This document shows, piece after piece, positions 10,146 through 19,322 of a stretch of 64,000 nucleotides of DNA. The first letter of the stretch is position 1, and every line of letters begins with the position of its first letter. Source of the DNA: a virus; the IMG/VR virus record IMGVR_UViG_3300023243_000009, positions 1 through 64,000 of that record; one strand, 5' to 3'. Under the pieces are notes generated by a model that searched no databases, was not told the DNA's origin, and saw only the letters and a program-made list of their open reading frames with translations. Both the position numbers and the translations under genes were made by a program.

Positions 10146-10676
10146 TCATGAAAAAATTGTTAGTTTAATTTGCTCTATACGTTCTTCAGTAGTTCCATAT
10201 AGTGTGTTAAGGTTTTTAATACGATGGTTGTAACAATTTAGTAAATTATTAATTTCTAAATCAATTTTATTCCTATAATCTGGGTTTGTCTCCCGAACAC
10301 CATTATCTTCAATTTCAACCCCTTTAGGTGAAATGTAAAAGATATAATCATATTCTCCTATTAATAGGGAAGCTAAGGCCTCAAAATCGTCTTTTTGATA
10401 TATACTCATGGATGAGGATGATTTGGAGAAAGCCATAACATCAATTATAGTTCTATCTGTAATGATATCATCACACATCAATTCACAGGCTCGTTCAGCT
10501 AAAAAAACACATTGCCCTTTTAAAGTTGAATCTGTGTTTAATGGTATTCCCCTTCCCATTAAATATTTAGAACGTTCTGTTGTAAATGTGTAATCCTTAA
10601 ATTCTGGTAGCTCCTTAAGAGCATTTACTAAAGTAGTTTTGCCAATACTTTGAGTCCCGGTAAATCCTATCTTCAT
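10146..10676 (-). CDS. P-loop ATPase/kinase, AAA_28 (NadR/Ttd14-like)
   Basis: KIGFTGTQSIGKTTL Walker A, IITDRTIIDV, YDYIFYI, IEDNGVR. Confidence 0.75.
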   Translation of the reverse strand: MKIGFTGTQSIGKTTLVNALKELPEFKDYTFTTERSKYLMGRGIPLNTDSTLKGQCVFLAERACELMCDDIITDRTIIDVMAFSKSSSSMSIYQKDDFEALASLLIGEYDYIFYISPKGVEIEDNGVRETNPDYRNKIDLEINNLLNCYNHRIKNLNTLYGTTEERIEQIKLTIFS

Positions 10677-10708
10677 ATTATATTTTTTAAAATGTTCATA
10701 ATTTTAAT

Positions 10709-11395
10709 TTATTTCCAAAAATACATAAAACTTTGGGCATATCCAAGGTGAATGTGATGGTTTTTATATCCTTTATAAGTTATACCTTTTATAAATTCTA
10801 ACCTTATACTATTTCTTTCATTGTCCCCAATTTCAACATCTTCATGATATTCTATAAAGATTTTGCTTATTTTATCCCATGTTTCTTGTTTTACATTTTC
10901 AAATGAAGTTTTTTCGTGACCCTCAATATCAACCTTCATATAGTCGATGTGGGTGATGTTATTATTTTCAAAAAAACTATCCAGTGTAAAACAGGGTCGG
11001 GGTACATCTTCCCACCAATTAGGCCATTTTGGGATATCTATCTCACCGTTGAAGTTTGCAATGGCTATATTAAACACTTCCCAATTTTCACCTTTATTCA
11101 TTTCAAGTGCTGCAAATACCCCAGGATCTGGTTCAACACAATATAATTTAGAAGCACCTTTTAATTCAGCATTAATAGAAGACATACCAATATTTGCTCC
11201 TAAATCAAGGTAAACATCTCCGGGTTTGATTCCAGGACCTCTGGCATTTAACTCGTCATGTATTAAATTACCCCAAGCCATAGCTCCCTCCCAACCATAA
11301 CGATTTGTTAAATCTGAAATATTACCTGATGTATCCCATTTAGTAATGTCGATTTGTTTTTTATCTTTAGTGTAGAATTGTTTACCCCTTACCAT
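10709..11395 (-). CDS. FkbM-family SAM-dependent methyltransferase
   Basis: VYLDLGANIG, LYCVEPDP, IDYMKVDIEGHE, IFIEYH. Confidence 0.85.
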   Translation of the reverse strand: MVRGKQFYTKDKKQIDITKWDTSGNISDLTNRYGWEGAMAWGNLIHDELNARGPGIKPGDVYLDLGANIGMSSINAELKGASKLYCVEPDPGVFAALEMNKGENWEVFNIAIANFNGEIDIPKWPNWWEDVPRPCFTLDSFFENNNITHIDYMKVDIEGHEKTSFENVKQETWDKISKIFIEYHEDVEIGDNERNSIRLEFIKGITYKGYKNHHIHLGYAQSFMYFWK

Positions 11396-11397
11396 AG

Positions 11398-11667
11398 TTA
11401 ATTTCTATATGTTATTCCCTTAGGTGGTGCTTGTTTGTAAAAAGGTAATCCTTCTCTCTCGGACATTATTTCAGTATATTCTTCAGCTCCATATTCAATG
11501 CCGTTTAAGTAAAATGATTTTTTCCACTTTGAATCTTTATTTATAGGAACAATTGCGGGACCATCGTACCTATGATGTTTAAAATGTTTACTGTCTTTTG
11601 CCTTAATTAAATAGTGCCTAGCACCTTGATACTTAATTACTTTTTCTTCATATAACTTTTCGCTCAT
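11398..11667 (-). CDS. Hypothetical protein with an HRxDGPA motif
   Basis: HHRYDGPAIVP...SFYLNGIEY. Confidence 0.65.
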   Translation of the reverse strand: MSEKLYEEKVIKYQGARHYLIKAKDSKHFKHHRYDGPAIVPINKDSKWKKSFYLNGIEYGAEEYTEIMSEREGLPFYKQAPPKGITYRN

Positions 11668-11737
11668 AATATTTTAAAATAAGTTTTGATTTAATTCTTT
11701 TTATCTAGTATTCTTAGTATAGGTAACCCTGGAACTA

Positions 11738-12526
11738 TTATACCTCGTTCAAAAATGATTCGGCCACATAAACACCCTGCGAACCCGCAACAGTGATCCC
11801 TCTAGCAGATAATGCGTCTCCTACAAAATGAACGTTAGGATATTTAGTTAAAGACAAATCCTTATAATTAACTAGGGGTTCTGCTGACAGATATTTTACT
11901 TCTGGTACATATACACCCCAATCATCTTTTAATGTAGGAAATACTTTTTTCATATCCTCTATAAAATCTTCAATATACGAGTAATAACCCCCCATTGTTT
12001 CTCTTACATATTCCATACCTGCTTCATCTATTTGGGTAGCTGATACATTTTCACCTTCTGATGTTGTTGTAGGTTTACGTGTAGGACTATAATATAAACC
12101 TGTGCCTCCTATTTGTAATTTTTTAACTACATCTCTTGACCACTCAAATGGGTTTTCTATTCCTTGAACCTCCATTAAAATTCCAAAATTTGTCATGTTG
12201 TTTCTAAAAGATTCATCCTTTTTAGCATGACCATTATAGCTATGATTACCATATGTTTCCTCAACAGCAACATAGGCTGCGTTGTTGTTTGTACAGAATG
12301 AACGAAGTGATACTCCTTTATCCTCGTACTTACGATATAATTTGAAGTCATAGGATACATCAATCAATTTTTGAAAGTGTTTTTGTGGTGCTTCAAATCG
12401 AACACCTATTTGTACTGGTTTTGGTTCTGTAGGTAAGTCATATTTTTCAGCTAATTCTTTACCAAAGTCAATACCTGATTTGCCTACACCAAATATAAGT
12501 TTATCATATTTTATTGTTTCTTTCAT
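11738..12526 (-). CDS. FAD-dependent oxidoreductase (COG2509-like), C-terminal half of a split gene
   Basis: YDKLIFGVGKSG, QIGVRFEAP, RSFCTN, SYNGHA, YVPEVKY, VHFVGDALSARGITVAGSQG; lacks the N-terminal Rossmann motif. Confidence 0.8.
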   Translation of the reverse strand: MKETIKYDKLIFGVGKSGIDFGKELAEKYDLPTEPKPVQIGVRFEAPQKHFQKLIDVSYDFKLYRKYEDKGVSLRSFCTNNNAAYVAVEETYGNHSYNGHAKKDESFRNNMTNFGILMEVQGIENPFEWSRDVVKKLQIGGTGLYYSPTRKPTTTSEGENVSATQIDEAGMEYVRETMGGYYSYIEDFIEDMKKVFPTLKDDWGVYVPEVKYLSAEPLVNYKDLSLTKYPNVHFVGDALSARGITVAGSQGVYVAESFLNEV

Positions 12527-12538
12527 ATCTATTTGTTT

Positions 12539-12973
12539 TTATATATCTCTAACCATGAAAATTTCATCTCCCCCAAATGAAGATAAATCTGGTTTTGTTT
12601 TAAATCCAAATTTAGAATAAAACTTTATTAGTTCTTCTTGAGTAAAATTTGTTTTAGTATCATAATGCCCACCTACGGATGCTCTAAGAGCAATAGGTAT
12701 ATCATTTTCTTCAGAGTATTTAATAGCACTTTTCAGTATATCAGTTCCATATCCTTTTCCTTGAGATTGAGGGGAAATTGAAATATCATCTATGAATAAA
12801 GCTTCTTCACCATCAGATAATTGTTCTAAACCAAACTCTATAGTTCCATAAGGTTTAGAAATTTTTACATAATTTCCAGTTTCATGAAATTCATAAGATC
12901 TACCCCAATCAATATTTTCTATTAAAAATTTTATAACTTCTTCTTTTATTAGTTTTTTTATTTTATTTTCCAT
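12539..12973 (-). CDS. GNAT-family acetyltransferase with a helical leader peptide
   Basis: FIDDISISPQSQGKGYGTDIL (acetyl-CoA motif A QxxGxG), LIKFYSKFGF (motif B). Confidence 0.8.
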   Translation of the reverse strand: MENKIKKLIKEEVIKFLIENIDWGRSYEFHETGNYVKISKPYGTIEFGLEQLSDGEEALFIDDISISPQSQGKGYGTDILKSAIKYSEENDIPIALRASVGGHYDTKTNFTQEELIKFYSKFGFKTKPDLSSFGGDEIFMVRDI

Positions 12974-13593
12974 TTTTTATATGTTTTAGCTTTCCCTTTG
13001 ATTAAATTATATATTCCTTTATATTTAAAATTATATCTATTTTGGAAATCATATCTTATCCCTTCAAATATCTCTTGAGTTTCTATATTATAAAATTTAT
13101 ATATAGTTGGATCAGCAAATTTAATTTTTGTTTCTATAGTATGTTTAGGTTTTCCAATTTGTTTTTGATTTTTAGTTTTTCTTACTTTTTCACTCATTTT
13201 CCAACCCTTAGGTGAACCTATTTTTATTCCAAGTTTTTTAATTCTTATAGTTCCCTTATCTTTCCTAACTTTGGTTCTATTTTGTTTTTTACCTATTTTT
13301 TGTTTTCTAATTAACTCTATAACTTCATCAGAATGTTTTTCTAAACCTCCACCTCCTCTATTTTTATTTATTAACTCAAAATTCCACCCCTTAAATTGTT
13401 CAATCCAATAACATTCCCAAAATTTCCAATTTTTAGTATTTACTTCATCTAATATTTTAAAAGTTATATTACTACCATATTCTCTCAACCAGTCAGCTTG
13501 TCGGTTTTTTGGATTTACAGTTTTTCCTATATAAAAAGGAAGTTTATTTCTTTCTAAATAATATATAAATGTTTTATTTTTTATACGGCTCAT
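12958..13593 (-). mobile_element. Free-standing GIY-YIG homing endonuclease gene with NUMOD3-like repeats
   Basis: FIYYLE...FYIGKT, ECYWIEQF, INKNRGGGG, HSDEVIELIR / HTIETKIK / KGWKMSEKVR basic repeats. Confidence 0.8.
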
Positions 13594-14098
13594 ATTTTAC
13601 TTCATTCGTATCAAAATCAATATCCGTTACTTTATGTTCCCAGATAAAATTAACACCCTTCGATAATAAATATGTATACCAGTTCTTTCCTATACAAGAA
13701 AGGTAATCTGTACCTACATGCCATACGGGGAATAAACGTAAACCAAAATATGGTTTAATAAAATCGGGTTCAGCGATGGGATTAGAACATTGTACTTCTT
13801 CGGGTTTAGGGTGGAAACGTTTAAAGTTATTTATAACTTGATCCATTAACTCCATTGCTTTTTCTTCACCACAATACTTAGATAATTGACCACCAATTGA
13901 AGTATGATAAGTTAATTTTCCATCAGACCAACCACCTGCTCCTAAAAATCCTTCCATTACCTCACTATATTGTCTAGCATATGGGTCTTTACCCATATCA
14001 ATGATAGTAATTTTACCTTTATACCCGTTGTCAATTAGTTTGGTAGCGGCGTTTACATTTGCTACTCCCGCTCCTACCATTACTATATTCTTGCTCAT
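13574..14098 (-). CDS. FAD-dependent oxidoreductase (COG2509-like), N-terminal half of a split gene
   Basis: IVMVGAGVAN Rossmann motif, IIDMGKD, GFLGAGGWSDGKL, WHVGTD; ends just after KVTDIDF. Confidence 0.82.
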   Translation of the reverse strand: MSKNIVMVGAGVANVNAATKLIDNGYKGKITIIDMGKDPYARQYSEVMEGFLGAGGWSDGKLTYHTSIGGQLSKYCGEEKAMELMDQVINNFKRFHPKPEEVQCSNPIAEPDFIKPYFGLRLFPVWHVGTDYLSCIGKNWYTYLLSKGVNFIWEHKVTDIDFDTNEVKYEPYKK

Positions 14099-14117
14099 AT
14101 TGATACTTTATTTATGT

Positions 14118-14150
14118 GTTAATATACGAAAAAAAATGACGCAATCCAAA
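14118..14150 (-). promoter_or_regulatory. Bacteroidota-type early/middle promoter for the oxidoreductase, embedded in a hairpin
   Basis: Minus strand TTTGG...TTCGTATATTA; GCGCAATC/GATTGCGT inverted repeat around the -33 element. Confidence 0.55.
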
Positions 14151-14234
14151 TGATTGCGCCACAGATGCTAATTTTATTTTAATATTTCAACGGGCTATGA
14201 ATCCGTCTGTATGTTTTATTTTATTTTATTTTTA

Positions 14235-14822
14235 CTATATTCTATCCCCCATAACATCAGCAAAATCTGAAGCATATTCTTCATAACTTACTTCTCTACT
14301 TCTTCCGTCTTTTGCTTCATCACTATATCTATCTTGGATAGCATTATGAACTTCTATTGCATTACCTCCTGTTCTATCATTTTTCATAAAATCAATAACA
14401 TCTGGGTATTTGCTTCTTAGGATTTTATTAATTCTCATGTTATGAGTTCTATCTAAATGCACTTTGTCTGGTTGTCCTCTTTCAAATTCCATTCCAGTGG
14501 GGGTTTTAGAACCAAATGTTTTATCCATCGCACTATAAGGCATATAACTATAATTTTTATCTTTAAAATACCCAACTATTTCTTCACCTGGTTTGTCTTT
14601 AAGATCCCTTGCTAACTCATCGCCTACCATAATACCTGGGCCTATTTCTAAGTACATAAATATAGCTTTATCTCTATCACTATATGATTCTATATCTTCA
14701 ATATCTTTAAAATCCTCAGGTGTAACCATAGAAAGATATTTATTTATAAATCTTGAAGATACATCTTCTTTTACTATTTTACCTTCAGTAAGGAATTGTC
14801 TAAATCTGTATAATTCTTTCAT
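14235..14822 (-). CDS. Putative internal head protein, leader MKELYRFRQFLTE-G
   Basis: The leader resembles T4 internal-protein capsid-targeting sequences ending F/L-x-x-E. Confidence 0.6.
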   Translation of the reverse strand: MKELYRFRQFLTEGKIVKEDVSSRFINKYLSMVTPEDFKDIEDIESYSDRDKAIFMYLEIGPGIMVGDELARDLKDKPGEEIVGYFKDKNYSYMPYSAMDKTFGSKTPTGMEFERGQPDKVHLDRTHNMRINKILRSKYPDVIDFMKNDRTGGNAIEVHNAIQDRYSDEAKDGRSREVSYEEYASDFADVMGDRI

Positions 14823-14833
14823 ATTATTTTATT

Positions 14834-15586
14834 TTAAAAGTCTATATCGTCAGGAGTTGTTCCTTTAAATTTAGCATCAAATTCCTCTGATTTGTGGGGT
14901 TGTGAATCAAGTCCCCTTACAGAACTCATTAATTCCCCATTAGGTATTTTTATTATGTATATTTCATTACTACCCGGAGAAATGTTTACTGTATCCATAA
15001 AGATATGTTCGTCTTCGTTTCTATCGAAACCAATATATTCAAGATCGTGCCATTCGTCCATTCCTGGTTCGTGTACTTCGTAATCTTGTCCACGTTCAAG
15101 TTGGCTATCGTATTCGTTTATGGTACCTTCTGTAAGGTATTGTCTAAATGCGTTTAATTCTTTCATATTTATTCTTTCTTTTAAGTCATAGTAACCACTT
15201 TCTTCTCTTTCTTTTTCCGCCTCTAATTGAGATTTGTAATATTCATCTATTAAAGGAAAAATTTCAGTTTCAGATTTAATATCTTTACCCCATAAGTCAT
15301 CACCAAACGTCTGACCATTTTTTGTTATGAGTAATAAACCTGCTGAGAAGTTATCATCGCCAACGCCTATTTCTATATCGCTTATACCAGTTAATTTATT
15401 ACCCTTAGTTATTCTAGGGTTATAATTAGCATCTTTAAGCATCTTAAATATTTTTCTCATTGGAAGATTAACACCTGTATCCCCTCCTACCATCGTAGCT
15501 ATGTAAGGGTTTTCTTCAGTATATTTAAAATCTTCCTCAAATATCTTACCTTCAGCTAAATATTTTTTTAAATTAAAATTATCCAT
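14834..15586 (-). CDS. Putative internal head protein; two-module fusion (leaders MDNFNLKKYLAE-G and internal MKELNAFRQYLTE-G)
   Basis: The internal leader is nearly identical to that of 14235..14822. Confidence 0.6.
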   Translation of the reverse strand: MDNFNLKKYLAEGKIFEEDFKYTEENPYIATMVGGDTGVNLPMRKIFKMLKDANYNPRITKGNKLTGISDIEIGVGDDNFSAGLLLITKNGQTFGDDLWGKDIKSETEIFPLIDEYYKSQLEAEKEREESGYYDLKERINMKELNAFRQYLTEGTINEYDSQLERGQDYEVHEPGMDEWHDLEYIGFDRNEDEHIFMDTVNISPGSNEIYIIKIPNGELMSSVRGLDSQPHKSEEFDAKFKGTTPDDIDF

Positions 15587-15592
15587 TTATTT

Positions 15593-15805
15593 TTACATTC
15601 TTCCAAATTCGAAAGCAATTCCAAATTCTTGGCCTATTTCTTCCATTACATCCTGAGGGTCAAGTTCGTGGTATTTGATTATATCTTTTATTTTTTCCAT
15701 AATCATCTCATCAGTGTAATCTTCTTCACTGTTAGCATAATCATTTTTATAGTCTTCATTTAACTTACCTTCAGCTAAATATTTTTTTAAATCAAATTTA
15801 TCCAT
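15593..15805 (-). CDS. Putative small internal head protein, leader MDKFDLKKYLAE-G
   Basis: The leader is near-identical at DNA level to that of 14834..15586. Confidence 0.6.
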   Translation of the reverse strand: MDKFDLKKYLAEGKLNEDYKNDYANSEEDYTDEMIMEKIKDIIKYHELDPQDVMEEIGQEFGIAFEFGRM

Positions 15806-16046
15806 TTATTTTTATTTTTAAATCGGTTGTTCCTTTTAATACTCTGTGTACTTGACCCTCTGTTATAAATATACGATCCCCCTTACTAATACCCAAAGGT
15901 AACTGATCGTCCATCTGTATTGACCATCCTTTACCATCGAGAACTTCTATATGTCTATCTTCTTTATCTTGATGCCAAACCAACTCCATAGGGTTTATAT
16001 CTTTAGAAAAAGTTCTTATGTTACCTTTATTTTCGTATGGGTTCAT
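15798..16046 (-). CDS. Small cupin-like protein
   Basis: WHQDKEDRHIEVLDGKGW...IFITEGQVHRV resembles the two cupin metal motifs. Confidence 0.55.
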   Translation of the reverse strand: MNPYENKGNIRTFSKDINPMELVWHQDKEDRHIEVLDGKGWSIQMDDQLPLGISKGDRIFITEGQVHRVLKGTTDLKIKING

Positions 16047-16363
16047 TATTGTGTTAATGAATCTAAACTAGCTCTAAAGAAATTTACTGATGGGATTTTT
16101 CGTATAATATTAACTAGACGTTTTAAATCTTCTGTTCTGTCAAATCTTTCAAATGGGAAATTATCTACTTTGATATTAAATTCTCCTTTATAATTTAAAT
16201 TATTGTATGAGGCATTTCTATCTTCGATATCTTGGGGTGTAAACCCCACAGTTGTTACTCCCTCTATGGAACGAATGTCAGACAATATTTCAGCTTGTGA
16301 CTTATCTGTGGTGTTTAAGGAGGCTGGTCCTACTATTTTATATGTTTTGCTTTCTTTTTTCAT
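16046..16363 (-). CDS. Hypothetical protein
   Basis: 105-aa ORF translationally coupled to its neighbours. Confidence 0.65.
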   Translation of the reverse strand: MKKESKTYKIVGPASLNTTDKSQAEILSDIRSIEGVTTVGFTPQDIEDRNASYNNLNYKGEFNIKVDNFPFERFDRTEDLKRLVNIIRKIPSVNFFRASLDSLTQ

Positions 16364-16364
16364 A

Positions 16365-18224
16365 CTACCAGAATGTGTTTTGGTTTGCTCCTAATCCTAA
16401 AGCCTGAGCATAGCGAGGGGTATTACACGACCAGTATCCGGCTTTAGTTCTATCTTTTTTATCTTTACAATTATGACGTGCTGCAAAAGCATTACGTGCC
16501 TCTTTGTTTTTAATTTTAGCTCTTAAACCACCGGATCCAAAAGTTACTTTTTTAATTTTATCTCCGTCTTTAACGTAAACATAATATGCCTTAGGCCCAC
16601 CTCGTTTTGGTTTATTTAATGCTACTTCTTTACCTTTAAATTCTGCTTCGCTTACTGCTGAAAAATCTGGTCCTCCTGATTGTGAAGATATTTTAATATC
16701 GTTTTTAGTAATATATTTTAATATGTACTTTTCTTCAGGTTTTAGGTTGTTTTTACTAGCGAATCTATCTACAGCCATTGATGAAGCATCATCTCCATAT
16801 TCTTTTGTAAATTTTAATATCAATGATTTTGCTCTACCCTTTGGTGAAGATGGGTTATCTAAAAATTTATCGTATATGTCTTGTTTAGCTTCTTGTAAAG
16901 CTTCCTTAACACCAACTTTAATTTTATCTTTTAAGACTTCAGCTTTTTGTTCGTCAGTGCAGTTTTTGTAATCGCAATCAAATTTACGACGTGCAATTAA
17001 ATCTAATCTAAGTAATTCTTCTTGATTATATTTTCTATCTTCTTTTAAGTCTTCTTTATGGTATAGTTTTTCACTTTTACCATTAGGACCACTTCCATTT
17101 TTATCGTGAGGGTTACCTGACATTAGTGAACCATCAGGCATTTTGTGTAGTTTACCTTTCCATTCTTTACCATCTTTAGTATAATGTGGAACACCTTCTT
17201 TTTCATTTAATGATTCTAAAAAGTCAAAATGACTACTAAGATTGTTTCTAAATATGTCAAAATCACTTCTATCAAATCCTAATATTTGACCATTATTTAA
17301 ATTTCTATAAACACCTTTTCCACCTTGTTCTTTACCTGTGTATCTCCACATCCCGCTTGAAATAGATGTATCTTGGTATCTTATGTTTTTATTTAAATCA
17401 AAATCTGGGTAGTTAGAATCTGATTCATTTAATCTAGATAATTGTTTTTCTAGTTTTTTTATCAATGCCTCTTTTTTCTTAGGATCTGATGGATTGGATA
17501 ATTTATTAGAATTTTTTAAATTCCATAATATACCTTCTATCTTTTCTCTATCAATTTTATCCTCATTCATAGACATATTGTCTATTTCATCACGAACCCA
17601 TTCTTTTTCACCTGATCCTAATTGATCATAATCCATACCAAATTCTGATTGGGATGCTTCATCATAACGGAATAAAAGGGAATGGCCAATTTCATAATCC
17701 ATAGATTCATTAATATAGGGTTTAGATGTTTTTTCCCATTTATCTCCTGCCCAACTATATTTAATAGTTTGTTTTTTATCTTTACCAAACTTAGTAACGT
17801 CAACAGAAATAGCATTTCGTTTAACCATTTTATCCATAAAATCTTGGACTTCTTCAAATGAATCTAAATTTTCTTTAGTTTTTTTATCTCCTAGATTTGC
17901 TACTACCTCATAGTAAGCTTCATTTAACATAGGTAAATCTAACGGTACCGATTCTCCTTCATATAAACCAAATTCACCTAAATGTGTTTTAATTAATGCC
18001 TCGTCTTCTTCACATAAATTAATTACATTACGTGAATACATTTTTCTAGCTTCTCTAATTAAAGATAAGTGTTTATCTGAACCAATGCGATATACTGTTT
18101 CAAATAATGGTACTTTTTTATCTATATGATATTGAAGTCCTTCCGATAGTAAAGATTTTACTTTACTTTCTGTTAATAGTGGTCCATTATTAGTTCCACA
18201 AGTATTACATCCGCATTTACACAT
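16365..18224 (-). CDS. Multi-module putative virion polyprotein
   Basis: Short unrelated modules separated by MLNE/YINE/SMNE/RLNE/SLNE/DLKE/ALQE/AVSE; C-terminal AEFKGKEVALNKP...ARHNC...GYWSC domain of a type I associate with T4-like phages. Confidence 0.7.
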   Translation of the reverse strand: MCKCGCNTCGTNNGPLLTESKVKSLLSEGLQYHIDKKVPLFETVYRIGSDKHLSLIREARKMYSRNVINLCEEDEALIKTHLGEFGLYEGESVPLDLPMLNEAYYEVVANLGDKKTKENLDSFEEVQDFMDKMVKRNAISVDVTKFGKDKKQTIKYSWAGDKWEKTSKPYINESMDYEIGHSLLFRYDEASQSEFGMDYDQLGSGEKEWVRDEIDNMSMNEDKIDREKIEGILWNLKNSNKLSNPSDPKKKEALIKKLEKQLSRLNESDSNYPDFDLNKNIRYQDTSISSGMWRYTGKEQGGKGVYRNLNNGQILGFDRSDFDIFRNNLSSHFDFLESLNEKEGVPHYTKDGKEWKGKLHKMPDGSLMSGNPHDKNGSGPNGKSEKLYHKEDLKEDRKYNQEELLRLDLIARRKFDCDYKNCTDEQKAEVLKDKIKVGVKEALQEAKQDIYDKFLDNPSSPKGRAKSLILKFTKEYGDDASSMAVDRFASKNNLKPEEKYILKYITKNDIKISSQSGGPDFSAVSEAEFKGKEVALNKPKRGGPKAYYVYVKDGDKIKKVTFGSGGLRAKIKNKEARNAFAARHNCKDKKDRTKAGYWSCNTPRYAQALGLGANQNTFW

Positions 18225-18227
18225 AAT

Positions 18228-19322
18228 TTATATTTTTAAACGTGGTATTAAATCTGCGGGGAAAGAAACTTTAATTTCACTTCCTATTTTCCCCACAAAA
18301 TCTCCCCCATTATAATATTTAAAATTTCCATCTAAATCTGAAAATAAGACACCATCAAATTTTTCGATGTCATAATAAGCTTGGGCTAATTGTTTAGCTA
18401 ATTCTATTACAAATTCTCCGGATTTAAATTCGCTGTCAGTTAAAAAATCATTAGAGTTTAAATCTAAAGTACGATACATTTTTTTAAGTGTATCATTAAA
18501 ATTTTTGGAAAATAAAACTTTATCCCCCCCAAATTCATTATATTTTTTATAAAAGGCATCGATCTTTTTAGCCCAAGAACCGGCCACACCAGGTTCATTT
18601 AAAGATAATATTTCTTTTTCTTGTTCAGGTTCCAAATCTAGGGATTTAATAAAATTTAAAAGATAAGGTTTAATTGAAGTTGAAAAATCTCCTCTATTAT
18701 AAATTCGTGGAGATACAACAGCACCAGTATTACCTGTACGTGATTTTAATTCTACTTCTTTACCATCAATATCTAAATCCCCCTTAGATTTTGCTTTTTT
18801 GACATTACCAAAAAATATAGATAAGAAACTCTCTCCAGGTCCTAAAGAAACAGTACCTTTAATAGAATCTTTCATATCAAAAAACAATTTTTTTAATTCT
18901 TCAGGAGTAAAACCTGGGATTTGGGTGTAATAGTTATTGCTTGTTAAATCAATTTTAGGTGGGTTAATGGCTAGGGCAGCAAACTCCCCTAATTTATCCA
19001 TATTTTGAAGTAAAGTAATAAAGTAATTTATATCTTTTTCCGTTAAGTTCTTTGTACTTAAATACCCATCTAAGTTTTTTGAAAAACCTGCGGATTTAGC
19101 TAATTTAAAAATTTTTTTTAGGGTGTCTTCATCTTCAACCCCTTGAATAAAATCAATGAGTTCTTGTTTATTAAATTGAGGTTTTTCCTCTTCTTTTATC
19201 CTATACATATAACTTTCAACTATAGAAAATAACATTTCTGTATCTTTAGGGTCATCCATATCGGGGTAACCTTTTGGAAATTTCCAACTATGTTCTTTTA
19301 ATATTTTATCAAATACGTCCAT
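18228..19322 (-). CDS. Putative PD-(D/E)xK nuclease with an FPKGYPD leader
   Basis: GPGE...GDLDIDGKEVELKS fits the restriction-like catalytic pattern E...D...ExK. Confidence 0.5.
   Translation of the reverse strand: MDVFDKILKEHSWKFPKGYPDMDDPKDTEMLFSIVESYMYRIKEEEKPQFNKQELIDFIQGVEDEDTLKKIFKLAKSAGFSKNLDGYLSTKNLTEKDINYFITLLQNMDKLGEFAALAINPPKIDLTSNNYYTQIPGFTPEELKKLFFDMKDSIKGTVSLGPGESFLSIFFGNVKKAKSKGDLDIDGKEVELKSRTGNTGAVVSPRIYNRGDFSTSIKPYLLNFIKSLDLEPEQEKEILSLNEPGVAGSWAKKIDAFYKKYNEFGGDKVLFSKNFNDTLKKMYRTLDLNSNDFLTDSEFKSGEFVIELAKQLAQAYYDIEKFDGVLFSDLDGNFKYYNGGDFVGKIGSEIKVSFPADLIPRLKI

Noticed and set aside
12527-13573. Group I intron or ribosomal bypass rejoining the split oxidoreductase
   Set aside because: The interval is fully occupied by two ORFs with no room for an intron core, and the C-half has its own ATG; it still needs RT-PCR to exclude formally.
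14182-14212. Small hairpin GACGG-ATTCATAGC-CCGTT upstream of the oxidoreductase promoter as an ncRNA
   Set aside because: A single 5-bp stem in one copy; nothing distinguishes it from a terminator or chance.
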